Shown: positions 27,700 to 36,240 of the stretch, piece by piece
Position numbering within the stretch: position 1 is the first letter of the stretch
Layout of the letters: each line of letters begins with the position of its first letter
Origin: Actinomycetota bacterium
Lineage (GTDB): Bacteria; Actinomycetota; Acidimicrobiia; Acidimicrobiales; Ilumatobacteraceae
Assembly: GCA_041180985.1 (NCBI GenBank)
Contig: JBEGQK010000027.1
Location: 1 to 51,579, forward strand
Direction: 5' to 3'
Length of the DNA: 51,579 nucleotides
The notes under the pieces: model-generated
The model's database searches: none
What the model saw: only the letters and a program-made list of their open reading frames with translations
Told to the model about the DNA's origin: nothing
Made by a program: the position numbers and the translations under genes

Positions 27700-28292
27700 C
27701 CATCGAGAAGGGAAGGGAATGGGGGAGGCCCGCCATCGTGCCGGGGGACGTCGTCCTCGCGAGCGAGGACTCCCTGGTGGCCGCGTCTCCCGGGCTCCGT
27801 GTGCTCCCGACGGGCGGGAACCTGTGGAGGTCGCTTGGTTCACCCCGTCTCAAAGAGGCGGGTGACGAGTGCACCGAGCTGCCCCTGGACGTGCTGCACT
27901 GCTCGATCACCGGCCCGAAGGGAACCTCGGAGGTTGTCGCGGTCGCACAGGTCGTGGTCGGCTCATGGTTCTCCCGCGGGGGCCTGACGGTGGTCACGAA
28001 CGTCGGCACGTGGGGCGACATGAACATCGCCCCCAGGGCCCACCCGAACGACGGGGAATTCGACGTGTTCGAGATCGCACCACACACATCGCTCCGCCAG
28101 AGAATCATTGCGCGCGGGAAGGCAGCGACGGGGACGCACCTTCCCCATCCGACGATGTCGGTGCGCAGGGGAACAAGGGTCACGCTCGAGCGGAAGTCCA
28201 ATGCACCCCTCGTCGTGGACGGTCACGTGTTCGGGCGTTGGTCGTGCGTGTCGGTCGAGATCTGCCCCGATTTCATGACCGTCATCGTCTGA
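27696..28292 (+). CDS. Stand-alone protein resembling the C-terminal beta-sandwich (accessory) domain of DAGK/YegS/NAD-kinase-type lipid kinases
   Basis: 198 aa. The ATG overlaps the helY stop (ATGA). ...TNVGTWGDMNIAPRAHPNDGEFDVFEI ... LVVDGHVFG ... VEICPDFMTVIV matches the P.A..dDG.lDv ... DGE pattern. There is no GGDG catalytic N-domain. Confidence 0.6.
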   Translation: MTIEKGREWGRPAIVPGDVVLASEDSLVAASPGLRVLPTGGNLWRSLGSPRLKEAGDECTELPLDVLHCSITGPKGTSEVVAVAQVVVGSWFSRGGLTVVTNVGTWGDMNIAPRAHPNDGEFDVFEIAPHTSLRQRIIARGKAATGTHLPHPTMSVRRGTRVTLERKSNAPLVVDGHVFGRWSCVSVEICPDFMTVIV

Positions 28293-28309
28293 CGGCGTAC
28301 CCTTTGGCC

Positions 28310-29521
28310 ATGGCAGAACTGCAGGACAAGACCGTTCTCGAGATCAAGGAGCGCGTCCGCAACCACATCGAGTCGATCGGGCCCGCGCTGGTGGAGACGA
28401 GTCACGCCATCCATGCGCGGCCCGAGCTGAACTTCGAGGAGTTCTTCGCATCCGAGACGCTCGTGCGCGCGTCCGGATCGCTCGGGTTGCCCGTGGAACT
28501 CGGTCTCTACGATTCGGTGACCGGCTTCGGGGGAGATGCCGGATCGGGGCCGACGGTGTGCGTCATGTCGGAGTACGACGCGCTGCCGGGCATCGGTCAC
28601 GGGTGCGGTCACAACGTCATTGCCGCGGCGGGACTCGGAGCTGCCGTCGGCCTTGCGCTCGTGGCGGGCGAGTGCGGAGGTCGTGTCAGGTATCTCGGCA
28701 CACCGGCCGAGGAAGGCGGCGGCGGGAAGATCGTGATGGCCCGCAACGGCGCTCTCGAGGGTGTGGACGTCGCCATGATGGTGCACTCCGCCGATGCCGA
28801 CCTCACAACGATCGATGCGATAGCCCTGCAGCAACTGGTGGTCGATTACCACGGTCGTGAGTCCCATGCAGCTGCGGCACCTCATCTCGGGCGGAACGCC
28901 CTCGATGCGGCCGTTCTCGGCTACATGGGGGTTGCCACTTTGCGGCAGCACATGCTCCCGTCCGAGCGGGTGCACGGGATTTTCACCAAGGCGGGGGAGA
29001 AGCCGAACATCGTCCCCCGCGAGGCCTCCATGGAGTGGTACGTGCGTTCCGACACCATCACGAGCCTGGCTGAACTCAAGGAGCGTGTTCTCGGGGCGCT
29101 CTCGGCCGGAGCGCACGCCTGCGGCTGCACGATGGACCACACGTGGGTCGGATTCCCGTACGCCGACATGGTCACGAACGGACACCTCAGCGCTGCGTAC
29201 TCAGTGAACGCGGCGACCACGGGCCGTCAGGTGCGCGATCCGCGAGCCGGCGGGCAGCGTGTCGTTGGCAGCACCGACATGGGCAACATCTCCCATCTGG
29301 TGCCCTCCATCCACCCGATGATCGCGTGCGCTCCGCGCGGCACCGCGATCCACACGTCCGCGTTCACCAGCCACGCGGTCTCGTCGCAGGCCGACCGGGC
29401 CGTGATTGACGGCGCAATCTCGATGGCGCTGACCGGAATCGATTTCTGGGTCTCCGAGCGGCTGAGGAACGATGTCGCGGAGGATTTCCGCAAGTCCAGT
29501 CCCGACAAGGCGGTGCTCTGA
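28310..29521 (+). CDS. M20 family metallo-hydrolase (AmhX/AbgB-like amidohydrolase)
   Basis: IHARPELNFEE, SEYDALPGIGHGCGHN, GTPAEEGGGGK and a dimerisation-domain region. Confidence 0.85.
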   Translation: MAELQDKTVLEIKERVRNHIESIGPALVETSHAIHARPELNFEEFFASETLVRASGSLGLPVELGLYDSVTGFGGDAGSGPTVCVMSEYDALPGIGHGCGHNVIAAAGLGAAVGLALVAGECGGRVRYLGTPAEEGGGGKIVMARNGALEGVDVAMMVHSADADLTTIDAIALQQLVVDYHGRESHAAAAPHLGRNALDAAVLGYMGVATLRQHMLPSERVHGIFTKAGEKPNIVPREASMEWYVRSDTITSLAELKERVLGALSAGAHACGCTMDHTWVGFPYADMVTNGHLSAAYSVNAATTGRQVRDPRAGGQRVVGSTDMGNISHLVPSIHPMIACAPRGTAIHTSAFTSHAVSSQADRAVIDGAISMALTGIDFWVSERLRNDVAEDFRKSSPDKAVL

Positions 29522-29558
29522 CAGGTATCCCGAGGGGTCGTTGTGTTGACTCCTAGCA

Positions 29559-31169
29559 TTGTCCTTTGTGACGGTCTACGTACCTGAGGAGTTCACGGCG
29601 GCAGAGACGGATGTCCTGCGCCACTATTTCACCAACCTCGACCTGCCCGTCTTCGCCCTAGTGAACCTTCCCGAGGTCGTCAAGGGGGCACTGTTCGCGC
29701 GGTACAGCCGCTCGCCGAAGAGTCTGAGGCGTCTCTTCCTGGATGAGTTCGTGGGCGACCTCGACATCGCCGGGGACCAGGCGGTTGACGCCACGATCGG
29801 ACTCGAGAGAGCCGAGACCCTGTACGAGAAGGTCTTCTTCGAGTACGGCGACGATTCCGTCGCGCAGCTCGGTGGCGTGCACCTGGCCTGCGAACAGGCC
29901 TCGAACATCCTCACCAAGATCCTCGAATGGGGACGATTGATGAGCTATCTCGAGCAGAGCACCCGTTACATCGCCTATGACGAGCGTCTGGGCGGCAGGT
30001 ACAGGTACTACAGGGACCCTGACATCGTCGCCGGCAAGTTCGGGACGCGTTACGTGGGCGACATGGACAGGATGTTCGATTCCTACAGTGCCCTCGCCGA
30101 GGCCGTGACCGAGCATGTGCGGGCAACCATCCCGAAGGAAGCAGGGGACAGCGATTTCGTCTGGCGCCAGGCAACCCGTGCGAAGGCCCTCGATGCTGTC
30201 CGCGGCGCATTGCCGTCCGCGTCGCTGTCGAACGTCGGGATCTACGGCAGCGGCCAGGCATTCGAGAACCTGCTGTTGCGGATGCGCAGCCACCCCCTTC
30301 CGGAGGCCCGTCACTATTCGGACCTGATGCTCGGCGAACTCCGCAAGGTGATCCCGAGTTTCCTCCGCCGGGTCGACCTGCCGGACAGGGGCGTCCTCGT
30401 GTCGGATTACATGGAGACGAACAACAAGGCCGTCGCCGACCTCGCGGAGAAGTTCTTCGGCGGGAGCATCGCGAACCAGGTGGACGAGGTGTCCCTCGTC
30501 AGTTTCGACCCGGACGGCGAGAACAAGGTGATCGCGGCGGCTCTGTACGCACAGTCCCACCTCCCGGAATCACAGATACTCGCGCTCGTCGACAAGATGT
30601 CGACGCAGGACAAGATGGAGGTGATGCGTGCCTACGTGGGCGACAGGGGGAACCGCAGGCACCGCCCAGGGCGCGCGTTCGAGCGAACCGATTACCGGTT
30701 CGACATCCTCAGTGACTACGGCGCCTTCCGCGACCTGCAGCGACACCGCTTGCTCACCATCGAATGGCAGGGCCTCACCCCCTACCACGGGTACACGAAG
30801 CCCGACCTGGTCGATGCTGCGGGCGTGGGTGACGATTTCGACGAGGTGATGGAGCGCAGCAGTGCCCTGTACGAGGCGCTGACCCATGAACACGCCGAAC
30901 AGGCCTCGTACGCGGTCAGCATGGCGTACAGGCTCCGGTACGTGATGCAGTTCAACGCCCGTGAGGCCATGCACATGCTCGAACTTCGTTCGAGTCCCCA
31001 GGGTCATCCCTCGTACAGGCGGGTGGCGCTGGAGATGCACAGGCAGATCGCCGAGAAGGCCGGGCACCGTGCCATCGCTGACGCCATGTCCCACATGACG
31101 ACCGAGGCCCCCGAGCTCGAGCGGCTCGCGTCCGAACGCCAGGCAGAGCGCCGCCGCGATTCCAAGTAG
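29559..31169 (+). CDS. Double-length ThyX (Thy1)-like FAD-dependent thymidylate synthase family protein
   Basis: 536 aa. The N-half carries WGRLMSYLEQSTRY (x7-S-x-RY retained, RHR lost). The C-half carries QRHRLLTIEWQG and NAREAMHMLELRSSPQGHPSYR (ThyX-like). TTG 29559 or GTG 29568 start. Confidence 0.7.
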   Translation: MSFVTVYVPEEFTAAETDVLRHYFTNLDLPVFALVNLPEVVKGALFARYSRSPKSLRRLFLDEFVGDLDIAGDQAVDATIGLERAETLYEKVFFEYGDDSVAQLGGVHLACEQASNILTKILEWGRLMSYLEQSTRYIAYDERLGGRYRYYRDPDIVAGKFGTRYVGDMDRMFDSYSALAEAVTEHVRATIPKEAGDSDFVWRQATRAKALDAVRGALPSASLSNVGIYGSGQAFENLLLRMRSHPLPEARHYSDLMLGELRKVIPSFLRRVDLPDRGVLVSDYMETNNKAVADLAEKFFGGSIANQVDEVSLVSFDPDGENKVIAAALYAQSHLPESQILALVDKMSTQDKMEVMRAYVGDRGNRRHRPGRAFERTDYRFDILSDYGAFRDLQRHRLLTIEWQGLTPYHGYTKPDLVDAAGVGDDFDEVMERSSALYEALTHEHAEQASYAVSMAYRLRYVMQFNAREAMHMLELRSSPQGHPSYRRVALEMHRQIAEKAGHRAIADAMSHMTTEAPELERLASERQAERRRDSK

Positions 31170-31272
31170 TCGGTGACCTGCGTCACGGATTCGCCGTCGG
31201 GACTGCAGTATTCGACATTGCGACACGGTTTGTGCGTAGTATCCCGCCGCGAGCAGTTCGCGAGGAGGACAC

Positions 31273-31716
31273 GTGGCGAAGGATGACATCGATCCCGAGG
31301 ACATCGACGACATCGTCGAGATCGAGGGCGAGGACGATCTCGAGCTTGATGAGGAGTTCGTCGAGGACGCGTTCGACGAGGATGCCGATGAGATCGACGG
31401 TGACGGCGACGAGGAGGACATGGGCACCACCGTCGTCCGCAAGGCCGGCGACGACGACGAGGACGACGACGACATGCTCGCGCCCGACGACGTCGAGGCG
31501 GACCTTGACACCATCCTGAAGGACCGCCTCGCCAGCGAGAACGAACCGGGCGAGGACGAAGAGGAAATAGAGGTCGACGACCGGTCCGGGGCCGACGACG
31601 CACTGCAGCCGAAGAGAGCAGACGAGGTCGTGTGCTCGGCGTGCTTCCTCATCGTGCGCAACAGCGCGCCCACGTGTCCGGTGGGTGACGAGGCATGCCC
31701 GATCTTCGTCAAGTAG
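31273..31716 (+). CDS. DUF4193-like acidic protein with a C-terminal Cys motif
   Basis: GTG start preceded by GAGGAGGA. Extremely D/E-rich N-terminal two-thirds, then EVVCSACFLIVRNSAPTCPVGDEACPIF. Confidence 0.75.
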   Translation: MAKDDIDPEDIDDIVEIEGEDDLELDEEFVEDAFDEDADEIDGDGDEEDMGTTVVRKAGDDDEDDDDMLAPDDVEADLDTILKDRLASENEPGEDEEEIEVDDRSGADDALQPKRADEVVCSACFLIVRNSAPTCPVGDEACPIFVK

Positions 31717-31882
31717 GAAGACATCTCCTGCGGCCGGTCAGACAGATCGGCGAGGGAGTCAGTCGGGTTGTTGGTGACCTGCGCAGGCAGGCACCCGGGG
31801 CGCGCATGGTGGGGGAGTTCGCCGTGAAGATGGGGTTGAGCGAGCTCGGGAAGAAGATCGCGCCCGGGAAGCAGGACCCGGA

Positions 31883-32281
31883 GTGATAGAGGTCCGCCGT
31901 GCGGTCGCCTCTGACGCCGAGGCCCTCGAGTCACTCGCCGCCGAGGCCGAATCAGAGTCGCATCGTTACAGGGGCCACATCGACACTGACTGGATTCCGA
32001 CCGATTCGATGGTCGCCATCATCGGCGGGAGCGTGGTGGGAATGGTCTCGTACGTCGACGAAGGGCCGGTGAGGCACCTCACCCTCGTCCACGTCCACAA
32101 GGACGCTCGCGGTGTCGGCGTCGGTGACGCCCTGATGGAATTCGTCCTGCGGGACGCAGCCGCTGGCGGATGCACGCACGTCCGGTCGGCAGCCCAGCCG
32201 GGCGACCGCGCCACGAAGAACCTGTTCGAGCGGAATGGTCTTGTGGCCAGGGCCATCCAGGTGGAGAAGAAGTTGGGCTAA
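31883..32281 (+). CDS. GNAT family N-acetyltransferase
   Basis: 132 aa. Acetyl-CoA motif A region (LVHVHKDARGVGVGDALMEFVL) and NLFERNGL. Confidence 0.8.
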   Translation: MIEVRRAVASDAEALESLAAEAESESHRYRGHIDTDWIPTDSMVAIIGGSVVGMVSYVDEGPVRHLTLVHVHKDARGVGVGDALMEFVLRDAAAGGCTHVRSAAQPGDRATKNLFERNGLVARAIQVEKKLG

Positions 32282-33063
32282 CGCCCCTTCCAGTTGGGGG
32301 CACGCTTCTCGATGAATGCCGTCAGCCCTTCCTTCGTGTCCTCGGAGCTCATGACCTGCGCCATCTCCGTGTTGCTCATCTTCTTCAGGGCCTCTTCGTC
32401 TTGGTCTGCCGATGCGAGCACCACGCGACGGCTTGCCTGGACTGCGAGGGGAGCGGCAGCAGCGATCTTTTCCGCCATCGCAATTGCCTCTGACATGACC
32501 TCGCTCTCGTCCACGACCTTGTTGACGAGTCCGAGTTCGTAGGCGCGCTGGACCGACAGGGGCTCACCGGTCAGGATGACCTCCAGTGCCGGTGCCTTGC
32601 CGATTGCCCGCGGCAGGCGGAACAGTCCGCCCGCAGCAGCGATCAGGTTCCTCTTCACCTCGGCGAGCCCGAACGACGAGCGCGAGGAAGCGATGACGAG
32701 GTCCGACGCGAGCACGATCTCGCAGCCTCCCGCCGTGGCCAGGCCGTCGACTGCCGCGATGATCGGCTTGTTGCGGTCACGGTAGACGTACCCTCCGAAT
32801 CCGCCCCGCTTGGTGGACAGTCCGCCGCCCGTGCCCGAGTTGATGGCCTTCAGGTCGGCGCCTGCACAGAACACGGGGGACTTGTGCCCGGTGGTGTTCG
32901 CGGTGAGAACCCCCACCCAGACCCCGTCCTCGGCCTCGAAGCGGTCCAGTACGGCCTCCATGTCGGACGCAAGGTCCCCGTTCACGGCGTTGCGTGCATC
33001 CGGACGGTTGAGTGTGATGATCGCGACCTGGCCGCGCACCTCGTAAGTGACGAAATCTCCCAT
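32278..33063 (-). CDS. echA: Enoyl-CoA hydratase/isomerase (crotonase) family protein
   Basis: ITLNRPDARNAV, FCAGADLK and AAVDGLATAGGCEIVLASDL. Confidence 0.9.
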   Translation of the reverse strand: MGDFVTYEVRGQVAIITLNRPDARNAVNGDLASDMEAVLDRFEAEDGVWVGVLTANTTGHKSPVFCAGADLKAINSGTGGGLSTKRGGFGGYVYRDRNKPIIAAVDGLATAGGCEIVLASDLVIASSRSSFGLAEVKRNLIAAAGGLFRLPRAIGKAPALEVILTGEPLSVQRAYELGLVNKVVDESEVMSEAIAMAEKIAAAAPLAVQASRRVVLASADQDEEALKKMSNTEMAQVMSSEDTKEGLTAFIEKRAPNWKGR

Positions 33064-33097
33064 GGACTCACAGTAGTGGAGCCAGGAATCCGGCCCT

Positions 33098-34456
33098 TCA
33101 GTCGGCCGTCACCTCGGGAGTCGCTTCGGCGGGTTCCGCCGGCGCGCTCTCGACGGCTGCTGCGGGGACGGGAGCCGGCTTCGACTCGGGCTTTGCCTGC
33201 TTCTTGCCCGCAGCGGCGGCGTTGACCTGGGAAGCCTTCTTGCGTACCGGCTTCTCCGTGCGGGGCTGACGGAGCGGTCGCGGAGCAGGTGCCTTCGGGT
33301 CCACGGTGACGCCGTACAGCGCTGCGATCTGGGGCATGAGCGGACCGAGACGCATGACCGTCTTCGTGAGTTCCTCCGACACCTGCGAGCTCGGGGCAAC
33401 CGGTGTGATCTTGCCGTGGACAGGCGAGAACGCAGCGGCCTCGAGGAGAGCGACCCAACGTTCGGCAGGTGCGTCGATCGTGAGGGCAGCAGTGGTGGCG
33501 GTTGCGAGCTGTGCAGCGAGGGCGGGCGGGAAGGGCACGCCGGCCTTCGGTGGCTGCGAGGACAACTTGAGTGCGCGGACGACACGACCGACATTGGTGG
33601 CTGCCTGGATGTCCTCGAGCCAGTTCTTCGTCTCGGTCTCCTGGCGCACGACGAGGCCTGCCTTCATGGCCTCCGCGAGCTTGCGGGTTGATTCGTCGCG
33701 CGCGATCACAGGGTCATTCGATGCGACAACGATGGCGCGAAGATCACGCAGGTCGATCTCGGTGAGGATCTTCTGTGCACCCTCCGCCTTGTCCAGCCAT
33801 TCCGCGACGCGCAGCTTGGGCAGCAACTGCTCGGCGATCTGGACAAGACCGTCGGCGGGCACCTTCTCCTGTCCGGCGGCAACAGCTGTCTTGTTCTGCT
33901 CCTCGATGGCAGCCCGCACTGCGGGGACACCACCCGACAGCACCTTCTCGGCAATGGCGCGCTGCGCTTCGGGCAGCGCCGCGAGGACTGCGTCAATGTG
34001 GGCACGTCCCGCACGCACGCGCTTCGCCTTCGGGCGCTGCGGCAGTTCGGGAGGTGCATCGAAATGCGGGCGACGGTTGCGCTGCGGACGGTCTGCCGAT
34101 TCGCCGTCCTTGTTGGCGGGACGGTCACGTCGTGGTCCGCGCTTCTTGTCGTCGCGCGGTCCCTTCTTGCGTAGCTGCTGGGTCACGGGCTCGAAGGGCT
34201 TCTCGTTGGGGAGAAGTTCGAGGAGACCGGTGCGGGCGGTCTTCTGCTTCGGGGCCTGGATCGAGAGAACGCGCGTGCCATCGAGATCGGACTCCACCTC
34301 GGCACGCAGGACGTCCTTCACAGCTGCACCCGCAGGGACGAGCGAGTCGACGACCACACCCTTCGGCTCGCGGGCACCCGAGGCGCGCCACGTCCAGGTC
34401 CCATCCTCGCGCTTGCTGGTCAGTTCAATCTCGATGCGGCGTGACATAGGGGTCAT
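33098..34456 (-). CDS. Hypothetical protein with a basic disordered linker
   Basis: 452 aa from ATG 34456 (MTPMSRRIEIELTSKREDGTWTW...). N-terminal beta-like region, a K/R/P-rich linker, a helical domain and an Ala/Pro/Lys-rich tail. No family recognised. Confidence 0.7.
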   Translation of the reverse strand: MTPMSRRIEIELTSKREDGTWTWRASGAREPKGVVVDSLVPAGAAVKDVLRAEVESDLDGTRVLSIQAPKQKTARTGLLELLPNEKPFEPVTQQLRKKGPRDDKKRGPRRDRPANKDGESADRPQRNRRPHFDAPPELPQRPKAKRVRAGRAHIDAVLAALPEAQRAIAEKVLSGGVPAVRAAIEEQNKTAVAAGQEKVPADGLVQIAEQLLPKLRVAEWLDKAEGAQKILTEIDLRDLRAIVVASNDPVIARDESTRKLAEAMKAGLVVRQETETKNWLEDIQAATNVGRVVRALKLSSQPPKAGVPFPPALAAQLATATTAALTIDAPAERWVALLEAAAFSPVHGKITPVAPSSQVSEELTKTVMRLGPLMPQIAALYGVTVDPKAPAPRPLRQPRTEKPVRKKASQVNAAAAGKKQAKPESKPAPVPAAAVESAPAEPAEATPEVTAD

Positions 34457-34518
34457 ACGGTATCCGTAGAAACCGCCTGTTACCCCGTTCGTGGTGCGGC
34501 CGTTGGTACGGTTCGCAC

Positions 34519-35037
34519 ATGCCCATCTACGCACTCGGCGACCAGGTCCCCGTCATCCATCCCGAAGCATTCGTGCACCCCGATGCGGTGATCATCGGCT
34601 CGGTCACCATCGGCGCCCTGAGCAGCGTGTGGGCAGGGGCGGTCATGCGCGGCGACGACGGCTACATCGAGGTGGGAGAGCGCTCCAGCATCCAGGACGG
34701 AACAGTCGTGCACACGACGCCGTACACGCCCACCATCGTCGGGAACGACTGCGTCGTGGGGCACGTCGCCCATCTCGAGGGGTGCCGTCTGGAAGACTTC
34801 AGCCAGGTGTCGTCTGGCGCGATAGCCCTGCACAACTCGGTCATCGGGAGGGGATCGATTGTCGCGGCGAATTCGGTCGTCCTGAACAACATGATCGTGC
34901 CCGCCGGCGCGCTCGCCGTCGGAGCGCCGGCGGTCATCAAGGAGGGCCGCGCCCGCATGGCTGACATCGAGCTGGCAGTGAACGCCTATGTCGCGAAGGT
35001 TGCCCGCTTCAAGAAGGACCTGCGCCGCATTGACTGA
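34519..35037 (+). CDS. Gamma-class carbonic anhydrase-like / left-handed beta-helix (PaaY/YrdA) family protein
   Basis: Hexapeptide repeats throughout, including HPDAVIIGSVTIGALSSVW ... IQDGTVVH. Confidence 0.85.
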   Translation: MPIYALGDQVPVIHPEAFVHPDAVIIGSVTIGALSSVWAGAVMRGDDGYIEVGERSSIQDGTVVHTTPYTPTIVGNDCVVGHVAHLEGCRLEDFSQVSSGAIALHNSVIGRGSIVAANSVVLNNMIVPAGALAVGAPAVIKEGRARMADIELAVNAYVAKVARFKKDLRRID

Positions 35038-35857
35038 GCACGGCGAGGAATGGCTCCTCGTCGACTTCGACACCCCGGAGGCGCTCGCCGAGATCGTGTC
35101 GGACGCGCTGTGGTCGTTGGGGGTAGTCGCGATCGAGGAGATGGAATCGTCCGAAGGGCGCGTGCTCCTTCGTACCAGTCTCGGAGTCGATGCATCCGCG
35201 GGAACAGCCGCCATTGTCGATCGTTTCCGGGGGGTCACCGCGACTCCCGTTTCTGTTCCCGCGTCCGTCGCCGACACCTGGCGGAAGTTCGCCGTCCCCA
35301 CTCACGTCGTGGACGACGTGTGGATCGTGCCCCAGTGGAGTCCCCAACCGATTGGGCGGTGCATCCTCGTCGAGCCCTTCGACACGTTCGGTCTGGGGAA
35401 CCACCCGACAACGGTCCTCACGCTCAGGGCTGCACTCTCCGTCGCAAGCTCCGGTGACCTCGCTCTCGATCTCGGCAGCGGCTCGGGAGTGCTGTCCGTC
35501 GCGCTCGCGAAGCTGGCGGATTGCGAGGTCGATGCTCACGACATCGCGTCACAGGGGGAACATGCACTCCTGCACAATGCCGGCCTGAACGGATGCAGTT
35601 CGTTGGTGCGCTGGTTGCCGAGCGTCGACACGTCCTCCGCCGGTCATTACCGGCTCGTGATGGCGAACATCCTCGCGCCGGTCCTGCGACAACTGTCGGG
35701 GGACATCCAGGCCGTCACCGAACGGGGAGGAACAATCGTTCTGAGCGGGATCCGGGAGGAACAAGTCCCCGGTGTCGTCGAGCACTTCGGCGAGTGCGAG
35801 GTTGTCGCGGTCGACACTCTCGAGGGATGGGCAGGGGTCACCCTTCGGCGGAACTGA
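35030..35857 (+). CDS. prmA: PrmA-like (ribosomal protein L11) methyltransferase
   Basis: FGLGNHPTTVLTL, DLGSGSGVLSVALAKL and MANILA. The start is uncertain: TTG 35030 overlaps the upstream stop, and ATG 34988 is the alternative. Confidence 0.75.
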   Translation: MTEHGEEWLLVDFDTPEALAEIVSDALWSLGVVAIEEMESSEGRVLLRTSLGVDASAGTAAIVDRFRGVTATPVSVPASVADTWRKFAVPTHVVDDVWIVPQWSPQPIGRCILVEPFDTFGLGNHPTTVLTLRAALSVASSGDLALDLGSGSGVLSVALAKLADCEVDAHDIASQGEHALLHNAGLNGCSSLVRWLPSVDTSSAGHYRLVMANILAPVLRQLSGDIQAVTERGGTIVLSGIREEQVPGVVEHFGECEVVAVDTLEGWAGVTLRRN

Positions 35858-35866
35858 CGGACGACG

Positions 35867-36172
35867 TCAGGAGATGTTGCGGGCGCGCACACCGATGGGC
35901 GCGATCAGGCGGAAGCCGGCTGCGTGCCGCTCCTCCTCGGACTCGCCACCCCAGAACCCGTACTCACGGTTGCGTCGGGCGAACTGGCGGCACTCATCGA
36001 GAACGGCGCACTCCCGGCACACCTCGCGGGCCTGGGCCTCACGTCGTTCACGCGCCTGCGGTCTCTCGGCTGCGGGAGGGAAGAAGATCGCGGAGAGACC
36101 CTTGCACTGGGCGTCAGCAGCCCAGGTGGTGTCGTCCCATTCGCGGTAGGCGAAAAGTTCACCGATGGCCAT
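35867..36172 (-). CDS. WhiB family redox-sensing transcription factor
   Basis: Four Cys (AQCKG ... CRECAVLDEC), a GFWGGESEEER turn and a basic C-terminus. Confidence 0.9.
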   Translation of the reverse strand: MAIGELFAYREWDDTTWAADAQCKGLSAIFFPPAAERPQARERREAQAREVCRECAVLDECRQFARRNREYGFWGGESEEERHAAGFRLIAPIGVRARNIS

Positions 36173-36240
36173 GTTGATCCCCCCAACGTCCGCCTGGAAG
36201 ACCCAAGTTTACTACTGGTGATTTTCCAGTCAATTCCTTG

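Noticed and set aside
31172-31788. Exact 11-mer GGTGACCTGCG occurring on both sides of the DUF4193 gene (about 31172 and 31776)
   Set aside because: I estimate that exact 11-mer pairs occur hundreds of times by chance in about 51 kb. There is no extended similarity around the matches, so this is not evidence for flanking repeats or an insertion.
30570-31934. 454-aa minus-strand ORF with long poly-Ser/Ala runs
   Set aside because: It is the mirror image of the poly-Asp/Glu coding run of DUF4193 (GAC/GAG read as GTC/CTC, with TCG/TCC on the opposite strand) and of the ThyX-like 3' end. This is a compositional artefact.
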